Source: a virus (taxonomy: Duplodnaviria > Caudoviricetes). From it: a stretch of 64,000 bases of DNA. The stretch is from IMG/VR virus record IMGVR_UViG_2786546905_000002, positions 15,455 through 79,454 of that record. The stretch is one strand, 5' to 3'. Position 1 is the first letter of the stretch, and each line of letters starts with the position of its first letter. Shown here piece after piece: positions 8,274 to 16,481 of this stretch. The notes below the pieces were generated by a model, which was not told the origin of the DNA, made no database searches, and saw only the letters and a program-made list of their open reading frames with translations. Both the position numbers and the translations under genes were made by a program.

Positions 8274-10139
8274 TTATCGACCTGTTGCTGGTACGCTCAT
8301 ATCGCCCGTGCGTAACCACCATGCAAAATCAAATACACTCATGGCCACCAGCGAACCAATACCATCCCAGCCCTCGGAATAGTTCGACAAATACGCTTCT
8401 TTCGCTTCACCTGCAGAATCAAAACCCAGCATTACTTTGTGTTCGTCAAAGTCGCCGTTGTCGTTCACTTGGTTCACGATAAAGACCTCTTTGCACTGCT
8501 GGTTGTGACCTAAAAATACATCAATCGGATCACCATCGGCCCCCATCGTTCCGCTTATGTCACCGTAATGATTTTTTAGCTCAATGGACCATTGCTGGCC
8601 ATTATCATCGGTACCCGCTCTTAAGCTGCCTTTTGGGTTCTCTATGGCAATCGCAAAGCCTGAAAATGTAAGTCGGCCCTTGCGGTAGTTCCCAGCTTCT
8701 TTTTGGGCGGCAGTAGGCTCTGGTAGATCGTTCTCTGGCGAAGTGGCAGCTTCATTCGCCATGCTATCAATTGATTCAAACATGAATCCAGCCTGCTGGC
8801 CGTCGCTCTCTAATTCTTGGTTAACGCGCCCTAAGATATCAATTAAAGTCGCTTGGCCACCGCCAAACATATCACCCATGGCTTGCCCTTGGTGCAACAA
8901 CTCTTGGTTGATAGCTTCGGCCATAGCCTTAAATGCCGTCGCCATACGTTTAGCGCTTCGATTATTGTTGGCAATGAAACGGGCCAAAGCTTCGGCCTCT
9001 GGATCGTTATCTCCGAACAAACCAGATTGCGCCAGTAGTTCGTCAATGTTCTGACCTGAGTCTTTTGCTTGCCTTACTAGCTCAGTCGCTTTCACTAGTG
9101 ATTCCAGTGCGTTCTCTGCCAGTGTCGGCTCTGACTGGTTGATATCAATAGCGTTAGCGACAAGGCCTACGGTTTGTTTATGCGCCTCCCCATTTAGATA
9201 TTGCATTTCAACAAACGAACTGGCCGCACTGTTCATAGCATTTAAGATATTGCGAATCTCTGGATCCGGTTCTTCGGACACAAGCTTAACCAGTTTTTCA
9301 TTCTTATAGGCCTTGGCGAATACTGCGTTTTGCATACGCTCGATGAGCTGCTTAGTTGGGCGCCCATCTTCGGTAAGTAACCCAGCTGTTGAGTTATCCC
9401 CAATTTCAGTTAGGAAACTGTTTATAAAACCTTGGTTAGTTTGTGCGAGCAAGTTACCTGTTTCGCTTGGATTGAATAGAGCAATCATTTGGTCGTTGAT
9501 GCGTTCAGCGTCCACCCACGCGGTTTCTGCAGCGCTCATTTGCTGCAAATCCGATAGGTTTGAATCACGGGCGAACTTAGCTCTATCGAGCTCAGTGATA
9601 CGCTCACGAACCAGTACCGGCTCTTTCATGCTTTTAACGTCGTTAGCATCGAGATCAAAGCGTTCAGCATTATCAATCAGGTATTGGCGGTAGTGATCGG
9701 CTTTGCCTTGTTGGTAAGCACTGATCAACGCCATGGTTCGACCGTTGCCAGACTCCACCACGTTATCACCGCCGACAATTGGAGCACCATGGGAGCTTAG
9801 GCCGCTGTCAGTAAGCTGCTGCGGTCTTAAGTCGCTGGCCATCTTTGAGATTTGCAGTTTGGAAGATACGCGGGTGCGATCACGGGGCTGGAGCTCTTGA
9901 GGAAAGTCTGGGTTAATTCGACCATCTTGAGTGTTAGACGGCACCAAATCGGACGCTTCCACTAGCTTAAAGCCTGTTTCAACCTCATCACCTTTGGCTG
10001 TCACTACGTAGCTTGTACGGCCCGTGGATGGGGTAGGGGAGGGAGCCGATTCGGTTTGAGAACTTTTAACAATGTCACACAGCTCATTGATACTGGCTGC
10101 GGCGGCGATTTTTTCTTTTTTAGACAATGTAGCCTCCAA
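8274..10139 (-). CDS. ddrB: DdrB-like protein: ParB-like N-terminal domain + C-terminal inorganic pyrophosphatase-like domain
   Basis: ELQPRDRTR, GAPIVGGDNVVESGNGRT; C-terminal AGNYRKG...ENPKGS...HYGDISGTMGADGDPIDVFLG...FDEHKVMLGF. Confidence 0.8.
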   Translation of the reverse strand: MEATLSKKEKIAAAASINELCDIVKSSQTESAPSPTPSTGRTSYVVTAKGDEVETGFKLVEASDLVPSNTQDGRINPDFPQELQPRDRTRVSSKLQISKMASDLRPQQLTDSGLSSHGAPIVGGDNVVESGNGRTMALISAYQQGKADHYRQYLIDNAERFDLDANDVKSMKEPVLVRERITELDRAKFARDSNLSDLQQMSAAETAWVDAERINDQMIALFNPSETGNLLAQTNQGFINSFLTEIGDNSTAGLLTEDGRPTKQLIERMQNAVFAKAYKNEKLVKLVSEEPDPEIRNILNAMNSAASSFVEMQYLNGEAHKQTVGLVANAIDINQSEPTLAENALESLVKATELVRQAKDSGQNIDELLAQSGLFGDNDPEAEALARFIANNNRSAKRMATAFKAMAEAINQELLHQGQAMGDMFGGGQATLIDILGRVNQELESDGQQAGFMFESIDSMANEAATSPENDLPEPTAAQKEAGNYRKGRLTFSGFAIAIENPKGSLRAGTDDNGQQWSIELKNHYGDISGTMGADGDPIDVFLGHNQQCKEVFIVNQVNDNGDFDEHKVMLGFDSAGEAKEAYLSNYSEGWDGIGSLVAMSVFDFAWWLRTGDMSVPATGR

Positions 10140-10156
10140 AGTATGGAAGCGGCGAA

Positions 10157-10172
10157 TTTTCGCATGCGAAAA
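10157..10172. repeat. Perfect 16-bp palindrome TTTTCGCATGCGAAAA upstream of ddrB
   Basis: Read directly. Confidence 0.9.
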
Positions 10173-10190
10173 CTTTTGAGCGGGGAGTTC

Positions 10191-10331
10191 TCAAAGAGCT
10201 AGCAATAGTCGATGGAGTTCATCAGCGTATTGAACGCGTTCGGCTTTGGTAAGTTCTACGTTACTCGCTTGTTTCAGATAATACTCGCATCGGTGTTCGT
10301 GCCAAGCTTCATCTTCTTCCTGTTTACTCAT
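10191..10331 (-). CDS. 46-aa ORF absent from the ORF track (MSKQEEDEAWHEHRCEYYLKQASNVELTKAERVQYADELHRLLLAL)
   Basis: ATG 10331 with AGGA RBS, TGA at 10191; fills the ddrA-ddrB gap. Confidence 0.55.
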   Translation of the reverse strand: MSKQEEDEAWHEHRCEYYLKQASNVELTKAERVQYADELHRLLLAL

Positions 10332-10344
10332 AATAGATCCTAAT

Positions 10345-10358
10345 TTTCGCATGCGAAA
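10345..10358. repeat. TTTCGCATGCGAAA palindrome abutting the ddrA stop
   Basis: Read directly. Confidence 0.9.
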
Positions 10359-10359
10359 T

Positions 10360-11085
10360 TTATGCTGCAGTAGTCATCTTATCTGGGTTTGCTTCAAACC
10401 AAGCTAACGCGCCCTGCTTCACTTCATTTAGCGTTAAGCCCTCACTATGGACGTCTCGCATCACCTCGACAAACTCTGCCGGTGCACTGGTGTTGAAGTC
10501 TCCAGCTTTATATTTTGCGATCAGCTCACTTTCGCTTTCTAGCGGCTCGGTACCAGCTTCGACGTGCTTGTTTATCGTTTTCTTGGCTTTGGTTCGATCT
10601 GCTTGCGACCAACTACCAAACCCGCCGTTTTTCTTAGCTGAACCAGCCTCTTTGTCCCAGTAATCATAACCACGCGCAATGTGGCCCTTATACCCAAACG
10701 AGTAGCCATACCGAGATTTATATACAACGTAGTTTTTGCCTTTCTCGACTAGCTTGATCTCAGGATCAAAAGCCATTTCGTATTCGTACCAGTTTGGCGC
10801 ATTTAGCACGCTACCAAGTTGTTCAATCTTGTCTGAACGTGATAACGCTGAGAAATCTTGGACAGAGATAAACGACTCTTGATTATCTGGCTCAGGCTCC
10901 GCAACCGGCTCAGATTCATCTTTGGTTACTGAACCGGTACCTTTGATTTTCTTAATTGTGTCTGCGAGCTCACGGGTTTTCTGAATGCGTTCACCAATAG
11001 GCAGCTGGCCGCCTTTGATTTGTGATTTTAGATCGGAGGCTTGGCGAGTTAGCCCCATTCTTTCTTTTAAACTTAACATCATCAT
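10360..11085 (-). CDS. ddrA: DdrA-like protein with an internal extra domain
   Basis: The C-terminus (LIAKYKAGDFN...LTLNEVKQGALAWFEAN) and the N-terminal helix resemble P1 DdrA; located after darA. Confidence 0.65.
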   Translation of the reverse strand: MMMLSLKERMGLTRQASDLKSQIKGGQLPIGERIQKTRELADTIKKIKGTGSVTKDESEPVAEPEPDNQESFISVQDFSALSRSDKIEQLGSVLNAPNWYEYEMAFDPEIKLVEKGKNYVVYKSRYGYSFGYKGHIARGYDYWDKEAGSAKKNGGFGSWSQADRTKAKKTINKHVEAGTEPLESESELIAKYKAGDFNTSAPAEFVEVMRDVHSEGLTLNEVKQGALAWFEANPDKMTTAA

Positions 11086-11120
11086 TCCTATTGGCCGCCA
11101 TTGCTAGCGGCCTGTTCGTG

Positions 11121-14100
11121 TTAAAGCGCTTCAATCATTGCAGTGATGGCCAACATAGCCGACTCCATGAGGGCTTCGTTTTCATCCACGCTATCTGCAG
11201 ACTCAAAATAGGCATACGCCGCTTCAAGTTCATTTTGATGCTTGTCGATAACGGCCTGTTCTGGCTCGCCGGTATAGTCTCGGATTGCTTCCAGATTTTT
11301 GATGTGTTCCATTTCTTCACCATCTTGTTCTTGTTCTGGTGCCTTATCTGTTAGCCCCAAACCAAAGATACAAAGCATTTCTAGTTCACTATGATTATCA
11401 AAATCCCCGAAGTGCTGAGCTTTGTCATGGCTATAGGCCGCAAACTTAAACTCACCGCCTCTAACCACTGGGTAGATTAATACTCGCTGTGTGCCAATCA
11501 TCGCGCTTAAGGCACTGTGGCCATATAAGCCATCAATTGACGGGTCAGGGTTTGAGCTTAGAGATTTGCCAATGTTAATCTGGCCTTGGAACCCATCACC
11601 AAAATAAACATTTTGTGATTGCCAGTCGGTTAGCGCTTCAAGGTTCGCTTTGGCCTTTTCTTCTAGCGCGGCTGTTAGATGCTCATGAAGATCTGCAATC
11701 TTGTCGATCAGAGATTCTTCATCGTTGGCCTTGAACGTTTTAGCATTGCCGTTTGGTAGTGTGACAGACTGTTCACCAAGCTTGATTTCGAAGTTAGTGA
11801 ACTCTTCCAACTGCTCCAACATGATCGCGCTGTCAGAGTCTAGAGCTTCACGAATACCATTTACGTCGATAGTGGGTTCTGCTGACTCTTCACCTTGATG
11901 GTGAACCTCCTCTAGCGATTCAAGCTCTTCTACTTTCCGCTCACGGCGTAGCTCGCTATCGACTTTTAGGCGTCCACCATAGAAATTCACATCGAAGTAA
12001 TCAGTCATTGAGTCACTTTCGTCATAGTTGAACTGATCTGTGAAAGCATCGACAAAAGTAATCAGTTGGCGAACTTCCTCGCTGTACTGTTCAGGCGCAC
12101 CGGCTAATGAACCTTGCGGATTGTCTATTTCCCATTGTAGGAACTCTGGGCTATATAGCGTCACGTTCTCTGGTAGTTCAACAAGATTTAGATTGATACC
12201 ATTACCATCTTTTTTGACTGAGATTTTTACGCTCGATGGCAGGCGACCGGATTTGCGCATTTGAGTCATAAAGGCACGGATACGCTTAGCAATCTGCGTA
12301 GTATCTGTAATGCCCTCTTCCTCATAGATTGATCCAGAAGTGAACTCATTAGCGTTTAAATCCATGAGTTGTTGCTGTTCTTCGGTGCGCCCCTTTGCGG
12401 CTTCGTCTGCGTCATCGCTGGCCAAAGCATTATCTATATTTAAGTCTTTGTCTGGTTCTGACTGTGATTCAGGCTCAGTACTTTGACCTTGCTCTGATTG
12501 GCGTTCAGATTGCTGTTGAGCGTAGTCTGCAAGGATAACCGACTTAATCTGGTCCCAAGTCGTTAGGCCAGTGCTGCCCTCTGTCGATAGCGGAGATCCC
12601 TCTGAATGGTATACAGAGAACGTCGCGTTATCGTAAGCGCGAACTAAGAACTCACCATAAACGTCGTCTTCGTCAGCGTCCGGTGCGTAGAAGTACACAA
12701 ACGGATCTGTTGGGTCGGCCTTGTCCATGGTCCAGTCACTTGCAATGTTCTTACGGCCAATCACGCTCATTAGCGCTTCTTTGAGTTGCTTATTAATATA
12801 CTCTTCTGTCAGCTCTGGGAACGCTGGTGATAGGTTGTTTTCGACAAGCTCAATGAGGCTTTCATTTTGAAGATCAGAAAAGTCCATCTGGCCACCGTTG
12901 ATAAGTGCGACCGCATCTTTAACCACATCGTCCATGTAGTCTGGAATCGTGGTTGCAGCATCACGGCCATTGGCCTGCAGGCGTTGCTCAAACTTATCGG
13001 TGAGTTCTGCCTGTGCCGCTTCGTAACCTTGAGGGAAGCCAGCACTGATCACTGCCTGACGACGCTCATCACCGGTCATATCATCCCATTGCGGTGTATC
13101 TTCGCCTCCAGCACCATTTAAGCTAACAACGTTGCTTGTTGCGCCACTTGCGCGGTCTAACTCTTCTTGAGTGTAACCATTTCGCATTAGAGTGTTTTTC
13201 ACATCAGTGCCGAACTGTTCCATCTTCTCAGTACCGTAGTGCTTGAGCTTTGATAGGCTTGGATACGTGATGGTTTCTACAAACAGGCCACCAGCAACAA
13301 CCCACGTCGCTTGGACCTCTTTACCCGTTCTTTTCACGGTGATGTGACAATGTTCGCCATACTCAATGACATACTCGCCATCATCCAAAGCAGCTGCTTT
13401 TAACTTGGTTAATGAGTTTTTGGTTGGGAACCCATCAGCATCATCAACTAGGTAGTAATAATCATCGTATTGGTTGCTTGGGTAGTTGTCCGATGGCGTT
13501 GACTCCACCGAGTTTTGAACCGTGATTTGTTCAGCGTAGTAATCTAAGTGCTCTTTAAAGGCTGAGTAAGTGCTGCCGGTCGCCTTTACGTCTCCTGCAG
13601 GGTTTACGATTGAATAACCGGTGTTGCCATCAAATAGCACTTCGTAACCAGCATCACGCAGTTTTTGAACCGTCGCTTTATCTTGGCCAGACAAGTTAGC
13701 TTGGAGCTCTGGCTCATTAAACGAAACATGAGTCACATCCCCTGTCGGGCTCTCTTCTGGTGCCTGTTCTGGCTCTGATTCTACCGCGTTAACATTGCCA
13801 AGCTTCCAAATGCTATTGCGTGAGGTTACAGCTGGCTTATCAGCTACGTCGTTAAATGCGCTTAGCATTGTTAGTGCGTCATCAACAAGCTGTTGCTCAC
13901 CGTTCTTATGCATGGTTTTAATGCGGCCTGTCATGTTCTGAACGAACAGAGAACGATCCGAACCATTAGCGCCATTGATATCGATATCGGCAATGGTACC
14001 CAGCGTAGAAATGAGATTGGTCCCTTTAGGACCGTGGCCCTGAACGGTTTTCATAGCCGCTCTTAGTTTAGGCTCATCAAATAGGTCACGATAAGGATCA

Positions 14101-14930
14101 CCACTGTTAGGCGCTGCATCAGCCGCCGTGGCTGGCTCTTGAGCTTCTGGTGCTTGGGTGTTCAGTTGTTTACGCAGCTCTTCTTGAATTTCATTTTGCG
14201 TATCAATCTTGGTTCGCGCACGGCTGATTTTCTTTGAAAGTGCGTCAGATTCGCTCTCAAGTGAATCGGTTTCTTCATTTAGCTCGGCGGTTTGCTCTTC
14301 AAGGGATTGGGCTTGCTCTTGAGCTTGTTGGAGCGCTGCAGCGTCAGCGTTCTTTTTCTCTTGAGCGGCTGCGAACTTCTCGCTATTGGCCGTTACCAAA
14401 GAGCCAAGCTTTGTGGTTGCTTCTTTAAGTGATACATCCATGCCGCCTTTTGGTGCGACCGTATGAGTCACATCACGACTGTTGATCATGAAGCGAAAAG
14501 CGATAAGCGTATCGTCGCTGTTAATTTTCAGTGGATCATTGTCTGGGGCGTGGAACGCGATAGAAACACTCTGGCCATCAGATAAAGGAATCTTAGCGAT
14601 TTGAACGGCGACCGCGCCCGATTTACGAGGCTTACCGATCTCGATATCACCTGCAGTTATCTCGCCTGTCTTTTTCGATAGCTGGTTAGCAAACTTTTTC
14701 ATTCGCTGGCCAAGCATTGCGGCTTTTGACTTGAACGCTTCGAGCATCATTTGTGGCACTGGCTCACACTGGAACAAAAGCGTATTTTCCAGATCTTCCA
14801 ATGAAACAGACTCAAGAATAAGGTCATTAGGATCCGACTTAAACACACTGTCTAGCTGGGCTGGAGTAAGTGGTTTAGCAAGGTGCTCGATGCGGTCCAC
14901 TACTTTGATTTGTTTTTGGTTCTTAAACAT
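11121..14930 (-). CDS. darA: DarA-like polyvalent antirestriction/head protein (1269 aa)
   Basis: DarA_N-like GQSVSIAFHAPD...RFMINSRDVTHTVAP; LPD29-like FNYDESDSMTDYFDVNFYGG; lies between hdf and ddrA. Confidence 0.8.
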   Translation of the reverse strand: MFKNQKQIKVVDRIEHLAKPLTPAQLDSVFKSDPNDLILESVSLEDLENTLLFQCEPVPQMMLEAFKSKAAMLGQRMKKFANQLSKKTGEITAGDIEIGKPRKSGAVAVQIAKIPLSDGQSVSIAFHAPDNDPLKINSDDTLIAFRFMINSRDVTHTVAPKGGMDVSLKEATTKLGSLVTANSEKFAAAQEKKNADAAALQQAQEQAQSLEEQTAELNEETDSLESESDALSKKISRARTKIDTQNEIQEELRKQLNTQAPEAQEPATAADAAPNSGDPYRDLFDEPKLRAAMKTVQGHGPKGTNLISTLGTIADIDINGANGSDRSLFVQNMTGRIKTMHKNGEQQLVDDALTMLSAFNDVADKPAVTSRNSIWKLGNVNAVESEPEQAPEESPTGDVTHVSFNEPELQANLSGQDKATVQKLRDAGYEVLFDGNTGYSIVNPAGDVKATGSTYSAFKEHLDYYAEQITVQNSVESTPSDNYPSNQYDDYYYLVDDADGFPTKNSLTKLKAAALDDGEYVIEYGEHCHITVKRTGKEVQATWVVAGGLFVETITYPSLSKLKHYGTEKMEQFGTDVKNTLMRNGYTQEELDRASGATSNVVSLNGAGGEDTPQWDDMTGDERRQAVISAGFPQGYEAAQAELTDKFEQRLQANGRDAATTIPDYMDDVVKDAVALINGGQMDFSDLQNESLIELVENNLSPAFPELTEEYINKQLKEALMSVIGRKNIASDWTMDKADPTDPFVYFYAPDADEDDVYGEFLVRAYDNATFSVYHSEGSPLSTEGSTGLTTWDQIKSVILADYAQQQSERQSEQGQSTEPESQSEPDKDLNIDNALASDDADEAAKGRTEEQQQLMDLNANEFTSGSIYEEEGITDTTQIAKRIRAFMTQMRKSGRLPSSVKISVKKDGNGINLNLVELPENVTLYSPEFLQWEIDNPQGSLAGAPEQYSEEVRQLITFVDAFTDQFNYDESDSMTDYFDVNFYGGRLKVDSELRRERKVEELESLEEVHHQGEESAEPTIDVNGIREALDSDSAIMLEQLEEFTNFEIKLGEQSVTLPNGNAKTFKANDEESLIDKIADLHEHLTAALEEKAKANLEALTDWQSQNVYFGDGFQGQINIGKSLSSNPDPSIDGLYGHSALSAMIGTQRVLIYPVVRGGEFKFAAYSHDKAQHFGDFDNHSELEMLCIFGLGLTDKAPEQEQDGEEMEHIKNLEAIRDYTGEPEQAVIDKHQNELEAAYAYFESADSVDENEALMESAMLAITAMIEAL

Positions 14931-15552
14931 TATTGGCCGCCTCTACTTGCTTCTCTAATTCTTTGGTTTCTTGTAGCTCTGCTTTCAGCTCGGCTTCTAA
15001 GGCCTCTAGAGTTTGGCGTTTTGAATCAACGTCAGTTTGGGCGCTGTCTCGCGCAGCTTGAGCGTTAGCATGGTTGGTAGTTGCTACAGATAGCGCTTGG
15101 TTGGCTTCTTCAAGACGTTTGCCAATAGAGCGAGAGGCGGGTGCTGTGCTCGATGTGTCTTTGATTGCCTTGGCTGCTTTACGGGCCACTGCCTTATCAA
15201 ATTTCTTCTGGTTACGATCCAATAATCGCGTCATTTCTTTAGCCAGTTGGCGCTCATTTTTCACGCTTGGGATTGGCTGCTTGGTCGCGTTAAGTTGCAT
15301 CTGGAAAATGTCGCCAGCATCACCGATAAACAACGTCATAGTTTGGCCATTCTCAAAGAAGAACTTAGCCTTTTTGACTTGTTCACCATCGCGGCGAGAT
15401 TTTTTATTGGAGGCTTCAACATCAGTTACCGGAGAACCGGCACTTTTCAAAGCGGTGATGAGCTTTTTAAGCCCTTTCTCGGTTACATTGTCAAAGTCCA
15501 CCACCACGTAACCGTGAGATTGGTCTTTGGCAAATCGACTGTGATTTCGCAA
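14923..15552 (-). CDS. hdf: Hdf-like protein
   Basis: VVDFDNVTEKGLKKLI...DGEQVKKAK...GDIFQMQLN closely resembles P1 Hdf. Confidence 0.85.
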   Translation of the reverse strand: MRNHSRFAKDQSHGYVVVDFDNVTEKGLKKLITALKSAGSPVTDVEASNKKSRRDGEQVKKAKFFFENGQTMTLFIGDAGDIFQMQLNATKQPIPSVKNERQLAKEMTRLLDRNQKKFDKAVARKAAKAIKDTSSTAPASRSIGKRLEEANQALSVATTNHANAQAARDSAQTDVDSKRQTLEALEAELKAELQETKELEKQVEAANNV

Positions 15553-15617
15553 GGTGCCACCTCTATGAAAGAGTGGCGTTAAGAGGACGGGGATCCGGTG
15601 TCGATTGTAATCCTAAT

Positions 15618-16034
15618 CTATTCGATTTCAAATTCCTCCGTGTACGTTACGACCGTTGAAAAAATCTTATACAGTGGATTTAAGAGCGAACAAGAACGCT
15701 CTATTTTCACATTTAAGATCCAATCCCCTGATAATGCGCCACCAGCCTCTTTGGCCAGCTCTACACGGTCAAAGTTAATATACTCGCTGTTGAGTCCACT
15801 TTTAGAAAAGTCTAAAGATCTGGTTTTTGTGACCACTGCAGACGGACGTTTCTTACTGCGCAGTGAGTAAGTCAATGTACCGCTGGAAATTGCTCTTTTG
15901 GCTGAGAACGTCAGCGCAAAGCGCACTGTCTGCTCATCATCAACATGTCGTGCATCTTCAATGGTTACAGCGTTACGTTGAAGCAAAACTCGATCAGCAA
16001 CGGCCATACCACCAATGATTGCTAATTCCATCAT
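15618..16034 (-). CDS. lydB: LydB-like antiholin
   Basis: AVADRVLLQR and NPLYKIF resemble P1 LydB; synteny lydA-lydB-hdf. Confidence 0.7.
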   Translation of the reverse strand: MMELAIIGGMAVADRVLLQRNAVTIEDARHVDDEQTVRFALTFSAKRAISSGTLTYSLRSKKRPSAVVTKTRSLDFSKSGLNSEYINFDRVELAKEAGGALSGDWILNVKIERSCSLLNPLYKIFSTVVTYTEEFEIE

Positions 16035-16354
16035 TTGCCCTGTCCTCCAATATTAAATAGTCTCGTTAAACCATCACTTGCGGATTGCCTCAGAAAAGCC
16101 AAAGAATCCGCGCCATTGTTTGAAAGAATAAGAACCAGAGCACAAGTAATATTGCGATCCACTTCCTCACTCTCACACATATAGGCGACCACTAAACCGA
16201 CTACTATGGCCAGCGTTATCTCTGTCATGAGGTCCATAAATCCACCTTTCAAACGCGACACGCGCTTGCCGTGAAGAAATGACCCCACACCAGAGAGAAA
16301 AGACAAAGCCAAGACGCTAATGGCAAAGCTTTGTTCAAGCTCAAAAACTGGCAT
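16031..16354 (-). CDS. lydA: LydA-like holin
   Basis: Hydrophobic segments; GVGSFL, TEITLAIVVG, SNNG as in P1 LydA. Confidence 0.78.
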   Translation of the reverse strand: MPVFELEQSFAISVLALSFLSGVGSFLHGKRVSRLKGGFMDLMTEITLAIVVGLVVAYMCESEEVDRNITCALVLILSNNGADSLAFLRQSASDGLTRLFNIGGQGK

Positions 16355-16388
16355 GAATCCCCCTTTTGTTATGTGTAATTTGTAGTCT

Positions 16389-16397
16389 ATTCGGAAT
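16389..16397 (-). promoter_or_regulatory. One-mismatch copy of the recurrent ATTCCGAAC motif upstream of lydA
   Basis: ATTCGGAAT on the plus strand, 35 nt from the lydA start. Confidence 0.45.
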
Positions 16398-16443
16398 GAG
16401 AACCACAGCTCAATAGATGGGCGTTACCTTGTTTTTAAGGCAT

Positions 16444-16470
16444 AAAAAAAAGGGCTCGATTGAGCCCTTT
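16444..16470 (-). terminator. Intrinsic terminator of the tail-fibre cluster
   Basis: aagggctc-gatt-gagccctt with an A run on plus (U run on minus). Confidence 0.85.
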
Positions 16471-16481
16471 AGTGATTAGTT

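Noticed and set aside
8374-8383. CTCGGAATAG as another copy of the 9-mer motif
   Set aside because: Two mismatches and inside ddrB coding sequence; expected by chance.
3647-10358. Palindromes as integron-like cassette recombination sites
   Set aside because: One bracketed gene is ulx in its normal P1 position after darB, no recombinase is in view, and there is no attC-like R/L structure. A protein-binding role fits better.
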